In this document: positions 27,109 through 37,000 of the stretch, piece after piece | How positions within the stretch are numbered: the first letter of the stretch is position 1 | Layout: the number at the start of each line of letters is the position of its first letter | Source of the DNA: a bacterium | Lineage (GTDB): Bacteria > Zhuqueibacterota > Zhuqueibacteria > Oceanimicrobiales > Oceanimicrobiaceae | Direction: 5' to 3' | DNA: 38,045 nt | Assembly: GCA_037446635.1 (NCBI GenBank) | Contig: JBBIIG010000032.1 | Coordinates: forward strand, 1-38,045 | Position numbers and translations under genes: made by a program | The notes under the pieces: generated by a model | What the model saw: the letters and a program-made list of their open reading frames with translations, nothing else | What the model was told of the DNA's origin: nothing | Database searches by the model: none

Positions 27109-28479
27109 ATGGAGCTACGTCCGGGCCATTTTGTCGCCGTGGTTGGAGGGGCGGTAGCCGGCTCCGAAGCCGCCGCCCGTTTGGCGGAACGGGGGATTTA
27201 TACGGTGGTGTTCGAGCAAAATCTTCGTCCCTACGGCAAAATCGAGGACGGCCTTCCCAAGTGGCACGTGAAGTTGCAGGCGCAGGAAGAAGCCAAAATC
27301 GACGAGAAGCTCAGCAAGCCCAACGTGTTTTTTGTCCCCAACACCCGGTTGGGGCGCGAGCTTGATTTTCGCGATCTGGTGAGCAACTGGGGGTTCAGCG
27401 CGGTACTGCTGGCCAACGGCGCCTGGCAAGATCGTCCGCTGCCGGTGGACGGCCTCGACGCATTCATCGGCAACGGCCTAATCTACCAGAACCCGCTGGT
27501 GCAGTGGTTTAATCATTACCACGAGCGCAACTACACGGGCGAGCGCTGCCAAATTCCGGACAACGCCGTCATCATTGGCGGCGGGCTGGCCTCGTTGGAC
27601 GTGGTGAAAATTGTCATGCTGGAAACCGTGCTCCCCGTTCTCAAACGGCGCGGCGTCAAAACAGATATTTTAGAATTGGAACACAAAACTATCCGCACGG
27701 TGCTGGAGGAAAATCATTTAACTTTGGATGATTTGGGGCTGAAAGGCTGCACGCTGTATTACCGCCGCCGTAAAGTCGATATGCCGCTGGCGCCGATGCC
27801 GCCAGACGCTACCCCAGAACGAATTGAAAAAGTACATCAAGCGCGCGTCAAAATTCTCGAAAATTTTCAACAAAAATATCTTTTTAAATTTTGCGAACTG
27901 CGCGCCCCCAGCGCCGCGATCGTTGAAAACGGCCGGCTGGTGGGTTTGAAATTTCAGCCCACCGAAATACACGACGAGCAACTGCTCATCAAAGATGGTC
28001 CGGTTGAAGAAGTGCGCGCCCCACTGTTCATCGGCTCCATCGGCAGCATACCCGAGCCCATTCCCGGCATCGAAATGCGCGGCGAGCTGTATGATATTCT
28101 CGATAAGGATTCCGGGCAGTACCGTCACGTCAAGCATGTGTTCGCCCTCGGCAACGTGGTCACCGGGCAGGGCAACATCAAAGCTTCGCAGATGCACGGC
28201 AAGCAGGTTTCGGATCATGTCATGGAAAATTTTTTGGCGTGGCGCGCCGAAGATTATGAAGCCATCCTCGAATTTTCCACGCAGCGGGCGCGCGATAAAA
28301 TAGAAAGGATTTCCAATTATCTCGCCCAAAAACAAGTGCTCGACACCGCCGCCATTCAATCCATCGTCGAAAAAATCACCGCTTTGCAAAAACAGGCAAA
28401 TTACAAAAATGGCTATCGCGAGTGGATTCGCGCTCACGCCGCGGAAAAAATTTCGGATGTGATTGCCGAAGAATCTTAG
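27109..28479 (+). CDS. FAD/NAD(P)-dependent oxidoreductase (ferredoxin-NADP reductase / adrenodoxin reductase-like)
   Basis: VAVVGGAVAG, FEQ..PYG, VIIGGG..SLD, YYRR, IGSIG, FALGNV. Confidence 0.85.
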   Translation: MELRPGHFVAVVGGAVAGSEAAARLAERGIYTVVFEQNLRPYGKIEDGLPKWHVKLQAQEEAKIDEKLSKPNVFFVPNTRLGRELDFRDLVSNWGFSAVLLANGAWQDRPLPVDGLDAFIGNGLIYQNPLVQWFNHYHERNYTGERCQIPDNAVIIGGGLASLDVVKIVMLETVLPVLKRRGVKTDILELEHKTIRTVLEENHLTLDDLGLKGCTLYYRRRKVDMPLAPMPPDATPERIEKVHQARVKILENFQQKYLFKFCELRAPSAAIVENGRLVGLKFQPTEIHDEQLLIKDGPVEEVRAPLFIGSIGSIPEPIPGIEMRGELYDILDKDSGQYRHVKHVFALGNVVTGQGNIKASQMHGKQVSDHVMENFLAWRAEDYEAILEFSTQRARDKIERISNYLAQKQVLDTAAIQSIVEKITALQKQANYKNGYREWIRAHAAEKISDVIAEES

Positions 28480-28484
28480 TTGAC

Positions 28485-29273
28485 ATGAAGCGTAGAAATT
28501 TTTTGAAATCCAGTTTGGGAATTGGCGGCGCTTATTTTTTGAATGCGCTGCCGTTCAATTTCAAATTCCCAGAGGGCGGCTCGCCAACCGCAAGCTTATC
28601 CGTGGGAGAGACGGCGCCGGCCGCGGCGTTTGTATCGGATAAAAATTTGAATCGCCACACCATTCTCGAATTGTGTGCGCGCCAGCCGCAGGCGAAAGTC
28701 AACCTGCTTTACATTTATGGCGGACGTGTTCCCAAATCCGAGGATCGACTGGGCGGCATCTGGTGCGTGGATTCGTTTGAAGATTTGCACATTCCGCGCT
28801 TTTTGCATCTCAAATACCAGCCGGAACAATTGCGGATTATCCCCATCGCCTGCCCGCCGGTTTACTCCAGCCACAACTACGGCTTCGAGGCGCGCGTCTT
28901 TCTCGACGAGCCCGATGACTCCAAAAAATTTCAGGAAAGCGCGGCGGCTTTCATCGACCTTACCGAAAAATTGTTTGTGGAGGGGTATGTGCCCGTTCCC
29001 AGTTATTATGATTTGCGATTGCGCCTGCTGTTCAATCGGCGTGAGGATTTGCGGCCGGGGGAAGGTTACGGCGCGGTTCATGAGTGGCAGGGAACCTTTC
29101 GCGGCAGCGGGGAGAGCCAGCGCTACGGCACCCCCACCATCTGGCTGCTGGACAGCCGCGGCAAAGTTTTAGCGCAACCCTTTTTTGGAAATCTCTATCA
29201 CAGCGATCCGTATGAAATTCGTTATACCATCGTCGATGTCGATCGCGCCATTCAACAAAACCTACCGCAGTAA
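28485..29273 (+). CDS. Tat-exported protein, possible thioredoxin-like fold
   Basis: MKRRNFLK twin-Arg leader at ATG 28485; LSVGETAP, IWCVDS, YGTPTIWLLDSRGKV. Confidence 0.7.
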   Translation: MKRRNFLKSSLGIGGAYFLNALPFNFKFPEGGSPTASLSVGETAPAAAFVSDKNLNRHTILELCARQPQAKVNLLYIYGGRVPKSEDRLGGIWCVDSFEDLHIPRFLHLKYQPEQLRIIPIACPPVYSSHNYGFEARVFLDEPDDSKKFQESAAAFIDLTEKLFVEGYVPVPSYYDLRLRLLFNRREDLRPGEGYGAVHEWQGTFRGSGESQRYGTPTIWLLDSRGKVLAQPFFGNLYHSDPYEIRYTIVDVDRAIQQNLPQ

Positions 29274-29282
29274 GATCCCCAA

Positions 29283-30536
29283 TCAGCCAATCTCCATGAC
29301 CCAGCCAAAGGGATCGTCGATGATTTGGAATTGGATGCCCACCAGCAAGTCCCACAGCCGGCGCGTTTTGGCGCTTTTGTCCAGGTGGAAGGTGCGCGTC
29401 TTCCCTTTGTAATACAATTCGAAGATGGGGGTGATGATGGCGGCGTTGCCGGTACAAAAGGCTTCGGCGATTCGACGCTCGTCCATCACTTCACTGACGG
29501 GAAGCGGCCGGCGCTCCACGCTCCAGCCCTCGCTTTCCGCTAACTTCACCAGCGAGTCGCAGGTGTTGCCGGCGAGGATGGAGTCGGATTTGGGCAGCAC
29601 CAGCTTGCCGTCGGTGGTGATGGCCACGAAGTTGGCGCCGCCGAATTCTTCGACGTACTGGTTGTGGACGGCGTCAAGATAGAGCACGTCGTGGAAGGGC
29701 TGATCGCTGACCTTCACCGGCTTACCGTTGATCCAATCGTAGCCGCGCTTGGCAAGCGCGCTGGGCAGCAATCCGGAGGCGTAGTTGCCGATGGCTTTGG
29801 CGTGGCCAACGCCGCCGGGAGCCGCGCGATGAAAATAATCTGTAATCAAAACCCTGATGCCTTCCGGCGGCCAATAGGATTTCACCGGCGACGTGTAAAC
29901 CATGAAGAGGTGGGCTTTGGCTGGCTTAACGCCCAACTCCGGGCCGTGGCCAAAGAGCAGGGGCCGCACGTACATGCACATGGGGTTGCGGGTTTCCCAA
30001 TTCCAATTTTCGCGGCGGAACGGCGGGATGAACTCGCGGTTGGCCAACACGGTTTGCACGACCGCCTCCACGAACATCCCCACTGGAACTTTCGGCAGCA
30101 GCAAGCGGCTGGCGGTGTGCTGCATGCGTTTGGCGTTGGCGTCGGGCCGAAACAGGACGACGCGGCCCTTGGCGGAGATCAGGGCTTTCGCGCCTTCAAA
30201 GGTGGCTGGGGCGTAGTGCATGGCGCAAGCGGCGGGGTGAAGCGCCAGCTCGGTGAGATCATGCAGCGGCCCGTCCGGCAGGGTGCGCCAGCCGGTTTCT
30301 TCATATTCATCGGAATAATATTTTTCCCAGCCAATGTCCAGACACGTTTCCGGCCACTGTTTATGCGGGTCTTTCAAATGGCCGGTGGCGTGATAGGCGA
30401 GATAGATTTTTGCCGTTTTATAAATATCGAAGCGCAGATTTTGAAAATTGGGAAATTCTAATTCACGGTAGGGAATGTGAATGACGGGTTGCTCGCGTTT
30501 GCTTTTGACACGGGGTGGACTGGTCGAGACGCTCAT
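29283..30536 (-). CDS. ilvE: Branched-chain amino acid aminotransferase (class IV PLP)
   Basis: HY..TFEG.KA, LFRPDANAKRM, YVRP, RAAPGG.G.AK.IGNY, LYLD, EE.GGAN, EAFCTG.AA.ITP; GGAGG before ATG 30536. Confidence 0.88.
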   Translation of the reverse strand: MSVSTSPPRVKSKREQPVIHIPYRELEFPNFQNLRFDIYKTAKIYLAYHATGHLKDPHKQWPETCLDIGWEKYYSDEYEETGWRTLPDGPLHDLTELALHPAACAMHYAPATFEGAKALISAKGRVVLFRPDANAKRMQHTASRLLLPKVPVGMFVEAVVQTVLANREFIPPFRRENWNWETRNPMCMYVRPLLFGHGPELGVKPAKAHLFMVYTSPVKSYWPPEGIRVLITDYFHRAAPGGVGHAKAIGNYASGLLPSALAKRGYDWINGKPVKVSDQPFHDVLYLDAVHNQYVEEFGGANFVAITTDGKLVLPKSDSILAGNTCDSLVKLAESEGWSVERRPLPVSEVMDERRIAEAFCTGNAAIITPIFELYYKGKTRTFHLDKSAKTRRLWDLLVGIQFQIIDDPFGWVMEIG

Positions 30537-30622
30537 GTTGGCCTCCAAGTTTTGTCGAAGCTCATAGTGCCATTTACAAAATTTTGGGGAGAATTGCAAC
30601 AAGAAACGGGCGGGAGTAGGAA

Positions 30623-30737
30623 GTAACTCAAAGCTCCGCTTTGAGATGACATTCAACGAAAGCAACTTTTTGGACAGCCCCGAATCGCAAACCAGAGGTT
30701 TGCATTACATGTTTCGCCAACCAGAGTTTGGCGTTAC
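30623..30737. repeat. Cluster of three GTAA-footed REP-like hairpins between the kinase and ilvE
   Basis: GTAACTCAAAGCTCCGCTTTGAG (30623), GCAAACCAGAGGTTTGCATTAC (30687-30708), CGCCAACCAGAGTTTGGCGTTAC (30715-30737). Confidence 0.78.
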
Positions 30738-30740
30738 GAG

Positions 30741-33023
30741 TTACTGCCCGTTGCCGAGCAGCTCGTTGATGGTACTGGCGAGAACATTTTTGGTATAAGG
30801 CTTTTGTAGGACCCTGATGTTCGCGCCCTCGGCGCCGCCCTCAAATTCCGGGATTTTGGAATTGACATCGTAGCCGGTTACAAAAATCACGGGCAAACCG
30901 GCGCGAATGCTGGCCATCTTTTTGTAAATTTCCGGGCCGTTTTCAAGGGGCATCACCACATCCATGAGCACCAGGTGGATGTTATCGTGCTCGGTTTTAA
31001 AAATGCTGAGCGCTTCGGCGCCGTCTTTTGCGATCAGAACTTTGTAGCCGAGACCGTGCAAAATTCTCACCCCCACATTGCGCACGGTTTCATCGTCTTC
31101 CACGATGAGAATGGTTTCCCCCTCGCCTAATTTATCATGAACTCGCTTATCTTCTTGCATTGCCACTTTCTTTTCGGGTACCGATGGTAGAAAGATTTCA
31201 AACGCGACGCCCTTGCCGGGTTTGCTCGTCACCTGAATGTGGCCTTCGTGCTGTTTAACCACGCCGTACACCACGGCCAGGCCCAATCCTGTTCCTTTAC
31301 CTACCGGTTTGGTGGTGAAGAAAGGCTCGAAGATGTGGGTGAGATGTTCTTTTTCAATGCCGCAGCCGGTATCTTTGACCGTCAGCTTAACGTAGCTGCG
31401 CGCGTTTAATTGATCCAAATTCTTCAACTCTGGGGGAGAGACGTTGGCGGTTTCCAAAAATATTTTGCCGCCGTTGGGCATGGCGTCGCGGGCGTTGGTG
31501 ACCAGGTTCATCAATACTTGCTGCAGTTGTCCGGGGTCGGCGAACACCGTGTCGAGCGCGGGATCGAGTTTGACTTTGATTTCGATATCTTCGCCGACGA
31601 TGCGCCGCAGCATTTTGAGAAAGTCTTCGATGTTTTTGTTGAGGTCGAGATAGCGGCGTTTGAGCGCCTGCCGCCGGCTGAAGCTGAGCAGTTGATCGGT
31701 AAGGTCGCTGGCTTTGGTGGCGGCTTTGCGGATTTCTGTAAACGATTCGTGAATTTGAGTGCCGGGCCGGCTTTCGTGGAGGCCGAGGTCGGCGTTGCCA
31801 ATGATGGCGGTGAGCAGGTTGTTGAAATCGTGGGCGACGCCGCCGGCCAGAGTGCCAATGGTTTCCATTTTCTGGGCTTGCAGCAATTGTTCCTGCAAAC
31901 GTTTTTTCTCGGTTACGTCGCGCAGGATGCCGCGGATGGCCGTGAAGCGCCCCTGTTCATCGCGCACAATGGTGGCGGTTTGGTGCACCATGACGTACTG
32001 CCCATCCTTCCGTTTCAACGTCAATTCGTAGTCTTTTACAAAACCGTCCTTTTCAAGTTTTTCGGTCAAAGCCGCATAGTCATGGGGGCGAACCAAGAGC
32101 TTGTAGACGTTGTCCACTTGCAGAAGCTCTTCTTTGGAATCGTACCCCAACAGCGCCACGCCCGCCGGGTTGATGTCCAAAAACTGCCCGTCGCGGGTGC
32201 TGATAAAAATCGCGTCTTTGGATTCTTCAAACAGGGTGCGGTATTTTTCTTCGGAGCGGCGCAGAGCTTCTTCGGCCAATTTACGTTCAGTGATATCGAG
32301 CAGGAAGCCGCTAATCTCCACCAATTCGCCGTCTTCGTTGAAGTGCCCGGCCACGTTCGAGACCACACGGATTTTTTTCCCATCCTTGCGGATGAGTTCC
32401 ATCTCAAAATTTTCAATTTTTCGCTTTTTCGCTATTTCTTTCAGGTAACCGTTTCGTTTCTCATGGCTGTCATACAATTCATACATATTAGATTTAAGCG
32501 CCTGCTCGACGGATTTGAAGCCCAACATGCGGGCAAAAGCCGGGTTGCAGGCCAGAAGCGTGCCGTCCGGCTGCGAGATGAAATGGCCGGAAAAATCCTG
32601 GTCGAAGAAACTGCGATAACGTTCTTCGCTGGCCCGGATTTTCATTTCCATCTGGTGTTTGTAGAGCGCCATCGCCAGGGTGCTGCGCAGGTCGCGTTCG
32701 TCGAAGGGTTTGATGATGTAACCGAACGGCTCGGTGACTCTGGCGCGCTTGAGGGTCTTGTCGTCGGCGTAGGCGGTGAGGTACACCACGGGGATGTTGT
32801 ACAACGAGCGCAAGCGCTGCGCCGTTACGATGCCTTGCATTTTGCCTTTCAGCATAATGTCCATCAAAACTAAGTTGGGAGGATTTTTTGCTGCTCGCGC
32901 CAACGCTTCTTCGGCGTCGGAAGCGATGGCGGAAACCGAATAGCCAAAGCCCTGCACCATCTCTTTGATGTCTTCGGCCAGGATGTTTTCGTCTTCCACG
33001 ATCAGGATTTTGGGTTTTGACAT
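30741..33023 (-). CDS. Hybrid sensor histidine kinase REC-PAS-PAS-HisKA-HATPase-REC
   Basis: ILIVED..LMDI..; [45 protein letters not shown]-terminal REC; start set at ATG 33023. Confidence 0.93.
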   Translation of the reverse strand: MSKPKILIVEDENILAEDIKEMVQGFGYSVSAIASDAEEALARAAKNPPNLVLMDIMLKGKMQGIVTAQRLRSLYNIPVVYLTAYADDKTLKRARVTEPFGYIIKPFDERDLRSTLAMALYKHQMEMKIRASEERYRSFFDQDFSGHFISQPDGTLLACNPAFARMLGFKSVEQALKSNMYELYDSHEKRNGYLKEIAKKRKIENFEMELIRKDGKKIRVVSNVAGHFNEDGELVEISGFLLDITERKLAEEALRRSEEKYRTLFEESKDAIFISTRDGQFLDINPAGVALLGYDSKEELLQVDNVYKLLVRPHDYAALTEKLEKDGFVKDYELTLKRKDGQYVMVHQTATIVRDEQGRFTAIRGILRDVTEKKRLQEQLLQAQKMETIGTLAGGVAHDFNNLLTAIIGNADLGLHESRPGTQIHESFTEIRKAATKASDLTDQLLSFSRRQALKRRYLDLNKNIEDFLKMLRRIVGEDIEIKVKLDPALDTVFADPGQLQQVLMNLVTNARDAMPNGGKIFLETANVSPPELKNLDQLNARSYVKLTVKDTGCGIEKEHLTHIFEPFFTTKPVGKGTGLGLAVVYGVVKQHEGHIQVTSKPGKGVAFEIFLPSVPEKKVAMQEDKRVHDKLGEGETILIVEDDETVRNVGVRILHGLGYKVLIAKDGAEALSIFKTEHDNIHLVLMDVVMPLENGPEIYKKMASIRAGLPVIFVTGYDVNSKIPEFEGGAEGANIRVLQKPYTKNVLASTINELLGNGQ

Positions 33024-33056
33024 AATGTTCTTCGTCCTGCTGTTTGCTGGATTCAA

Positions 33057-33090
33057 CGCGTAGGGGTAATTCATGAATTACCCCTACGCG
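33057..33090. repeat. Perfect 34-bp palindrome, GTAG-type REP-like
   Basis: CGCGTAGGGGTAATTCA|TGAATTACCCCTACGCG. Confidence 0.88.
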
Positions 33091-33110
33091 CGACATGAAT
33101 CATTAGTTTG

Positions 33111-33878
33111 CTAATTGGCGCCGGCGCTCGCCGGCCGAAAGATCATCACGGCTCCTAAAATATTGCCGTGTTCATCGCGAATGGGCGCGACGTTGTCTTT
33201 GATCTTGGTTTGGCGCCGGCTGCGCTTGGGAATTAACAACGCGTCTTCGGTATAGATAATGTCTTTTTCGGCCAAAGCCTTTTTCACGGGACTGGCTTCG
33301 ACGTCGCTGCCCTCCTGGTTCATCAGCTTGAGCACCACCTCGCAGTCGAGGCCGAGGGCGTTTTTCATTTTCCATCCAGTTATCGCCTCGGCCGCCGGAT
33401 TCATGAAAGTGATTTTGCCGTCGGCGTCGGTAACTAGCACCGCGTCGCCAATGCTCACCAAAACGCTCGACAGCCATTTTTTCTTTTTTCTCATCTCCAT
33501 ATCGACTTGATGTTTATAGAGCGCCATCTGAATGGTGGTGTGAATTTCCTGTTCTTTAAATGGTTTGAGCAGATATCCGAACGGCTGCGCTAACTTGGCG
33601 CGCTGCACCGTGGTGTCGTCGGCGTAGGCGGTGAGGAATACCACCGGCACGCAGCTTTCTTTGCTGATTTCCTGGGCGGCTTGAATGCCGTCCTTTTTGC
33701 CGCCGAGCATGATGTCCATCATAATTAAATTGGGTTTGAGCTTGCGCGCTTGTTTTACCGCCTGCTCGGCCGAGCCCACCACGTCCACCACCTGGTATGA
33801 GAAGCTTTCCAAGATATCGCGTAAATCTTCGGCGAGAATTTGTTCGTCCTCAACTACCAGAATTTTGGCATGATTCAT
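33111..33878 (-). CDS. Response regulator REC + PAS, no output domain
   Basis: ILVVEDE, MDI.L, VFLTAYAD, GYLLKPF; SIGDAVLVTD..G.ITFMNPAAEAITGW. Confidence 0.92.
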   Translation of the reverse strand: MNHAKILVVEDEQILAEDLRDILESFSYQVVDVVGSAEQAVKQARKLKPNLIMMDIMLGGKKDGIQAAQEISKESCVPVVFLTAYADDTTVQRAKLAQPFGYLLKPFKEQEIHTTIQMALYKHQVDMEMRKKKKWLSSVLVSIGDAVLVTDADGKITFMNPAAEAITGWKMKNALGLDCEVVLKLMNQEGSDVEASPVKKALAEKDIIYTEDALLIPKRSRRQTKIKDNVAPIRDEHGNILGAVMIFRPASAGAN

Positions 33879-33899
33879 TTATGTTCCTTTCTTATGTGA

Positions 33900-34041
33900 A
33901 GAGGGCTGGTCGGAATATTCATGGTTCGACTCCGCTCACATGAAGGGGGTTTAGCTTCATTTTGTCCGCGAAACGGATCGGTTTCCGAAGCGGAGTCGAA
34001 GGATGTTTAACTGGCGCAGCTCATTTTCCGACCAGCCCTCT
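33900..34041. mobile_element. MITE-like element with 16-bp terminal inverted repeats
   Basis: AGAGGGCTGGTCGGAA (33900-33915) / TTCCGACCAGCCCTCT (34026-34041); internal TTCGACTCCGCTCA IR; no clear TSD. Confidence 0.6.
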
Positions 34042-37000
34042 ATGGTTTAAAAGTAATTTCAAATTGCGTTCCTTTGCGGCTGCGGAACCTCAGGGTTCCG
34101 GAGATTTGTTTTACCAGCGTGTTCACCAGGCGCAACCCCAGGGAGTCGGTTTTGTTGATGTCGAAATTTTTGGGGAGGCCTTGCCCATTGTCTTTGATGA
34201 CGAGCCGGCCGCGGCGCTCGGGTAGTTTGGATGGGCTGGCGTTTTTTACCGCCTCCAACTCAATGGTGATCACGCCCTTTTTCCCTTTCGGAAAGGCGTG
34301 TTTGAGACAGTTGGCCACCAGCTCGTTGACGATCAAGCCGCAGGGGATGGCGGCGTCGATGGTGAGCACCAACGGCTCGAGGTTCATTTTGAGCTGCACC
34401 GTGTTGGGGTGAACGTTGTAAACCCGCAGCAGATGCGAGGTGAGGGTGCGGATGTAATCGGCAAATTCCACGCGCGCGAAATCTTTGGAAAGATAGAGCC
34501 GTTCGTGGATGAGCGCCATGGAGCGGATGCGGTTCTGACTTTCTTTGAAGACTTCGCGGGCGCGGGGGTTGCTGATTTTGCGGGCCTGCAAATTCAACAG
34601 GCTGGAGATCACCTGCATGTTGTTTTTCACCCGATGATGAATTTCCTTGAGCAGCACTTCCTTCTCTTCCAGCGAATCGCGGATGCGTTTTTCGGCCTGC
34701 TTGCGGTCGATAACCGTGGCCAGAACATGGGCGATAGACTGCAAAAAACTTACGTCATTTTCTGTGAACGAACGTTTTTCATCGCTGTGGACGCCGAGCA
34801 CGCCAAAGGGATTTTTTAGTTCGCCGATGATAACGCTGACGCCGCTGACGACGTTGTGCTCTTGCAGCAAGGCCGGCCCCCTGAAGCGCTTCTCTGTTTT
34901 TAAGTCGTTCACAACCACCGGCGCCGCCGATTGCAAGGTGTATCCCGCCTGGGAACGTTTGCCAGCGCTGACTTTGGCCTTGCCCACGTAACCTGTTTTC
35001 CAACCCACACCGGCCCGCAGCAGCAACTTCGAGCGCTCCGGCAGCAGCTCCAGAATTTTGCAATATTTGACGTTCAGGGTTTCGGCGATTAAGCGGGTGG
35101 ATTCCTGCAGCAAGGTTTCCAGCGGTTCCCCGAGCAGGGCGCGCTCGCCCAACTTAACCAGCGCCTGCTGCTGGCGCGCGCGGGTGGTGAGCTCTTCTTC
35201 GGCGCGTTTGCGTTCGGTGATGTCGTGAGTGATACCCAGGATTTCGCCGATCTCGCCATCTTCATTCAGCAGGGGAACATAATTGGCAATGATGGTGAAT
35301 TTTTGGCCGGCCAATTCGAGGGTGCATTCCGTGCTTTGCGGCTGCCGGGTGCGCACCGCTTTTTTTAACGTGGGAAGATAGGGGCCTGTAACCTCAGCGG
35401 GAAACAACTCTTCGTCCCGTTTTCCCAGCATGGCGTCGTTTTGATACCCGCTGATTTTAACGCCCACCGCGTTCACGAATTGCAGGCGCCGTTTGGCGTC
35501 GTAGATGACGAAGGTGCTGGGATAGTTATTCACCGCCATGCGGAAGCGGCGTTCGCTTTCCTGCATACGCAGCTCCGCTTGTTTGCGTTCGGTGATATCA
35601 ACGATGGAGACCAGAACCCGGCCATAATTTTTTTCATATCCCGGCATCACGTTCCACCGCAGGGAAATATGAATTTTATTTTTTTTAAGGGTATAGTTTT
35701 CCGTTTCGATCTCAAAGTGTTTTTTACCCTCGGCGACTGCCATAATGGATTCAATATACGCGGCCGTTACTTCTGTACCGATCATTGGCGCCAATCCTTT
35801 CAGCAATTCGTTTTTATCTTTTGCGCCATAGATGGTCAGAGTGGTTTTGTTGATATCCAATACTTTGATCAATTTCAGACAATGGATCGCCTTTTGGGGA
35901 TGCTGCTCCAGATAGGCGCGCAAATCGCTCGCGCCATTTTTGCGAAGCTGTTCGAGGTAGCTCTGCAGCTCGGAGAAGTCCTCAATCCAAAGCGAGATGG
36001 GCGAGTATTCAAAGAGGCTGCGATATCGGTCTTCGCTTTCGCGAATAGCTTCTTCGGCGCGTTTGCGTTCGGTAACATCTTGTTTGATGGCGATGAAATG
36101 ACTAATTCTGCCAGTGCCATCTCGCAAAGGGGTGACGGTCATTTCCTCGAAGTAATGGCCGCCGTCCTTGCGGCGGTTGATCATCACGCCGCGCCAGACT
36201 TCGCCGGCCAGGATGGTATCCCAAAGCTTCTTATAAAATGCTTGATCGTGATGGCCGGATTTGAAGATCCTGGGATTTTTTCCTTGCATCTCACTTAATT
36301 CGTAACCGGCTAAACGAGTCGTAGCGGGGTTGGCCCACTGAATATTACCCTCGTGGTCGGTTATGACGATGCTGTTGGCGGCTGCCTCCAAAGCCGTGCT
36401 TTGCAAGCGCAGTTGTTCTTCAGCGCGTTTGCGTTCCGTCACATCCACCAACATACCGATGACCGCTGGCTTGCCGCGAAAGATGGTGCGGGCGCCGTGC
36501 ACTTCGATGTTGATTATGGCGCCCTCTTTGCGCTGGCCGTGGAACTCGTACCGCAGGCTTTCGGTCTCGCCGGCGACGCGGCGGCGGATGTTCTCCAGCA
36601 CCATCTGCCGGTCTTCTTTGGCTACCAGGCGCTCGACCGGGAAGTGGTTGGTTAATTCCTCCACAGAGTAGCCAAAAATTCTGGCCAACTCCGGATTAAC
36701 ATAAGCAAAGACGCCGTCCTGGATGATATAAACGCCCACCAGCGATTCCTCCACCAGGGTGCGAAACTTCATTTCGCTTTCGCGCAGGGCGTCCTCGGCG
36801 CGTTTGCGCTCGGCGACGTCGCGCACGATGGCGCAAATGATCTTTTTTTCCTGCAGCATGAACACGCCAGCGGAAATTTCCACCGGGAAGGCCGAGCCGT
36901 CTTTTCTAACGTGCAGCCGCGAATAGAGCCGAAGCTTTTTTTCTCCCGTCGCCGTTGCTATTAAGGCTTGTTTGGTGTCCGCGGGTTCGTCGGAAAGCTG

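Noticed and set aside
26864..27157. 97-aa ORF between the hypothetical gene and the oxidoreductase
   Set aside because: Largely composed of repeat sequence (GCCCGCC/GGCGGGC hairpin and the AACCGCAAAG element); no protein-like features
31410..32873. 487-aa plus-strand ORF (also 20771..21829, 24012..24854, 35441..36298)
   Set aside because: Antisense shadows of well-supported minus-strand genes
33024..33074. N-terminal extension of the hybrid kinase from ATG 33074
   Set aside because: That ATG lies within the 34-bp palindrome; the REC domain starts at 33023. Listed upstream starts at 2502, 23072, 25789, 25874, 28422 and 30665 were trimmed similarly
35200..36820. Recurrent GCGTTTGCGTTCGGT-like DNA repeats
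   Set aside because: They encode the conserved TERKRAE PAS linkers
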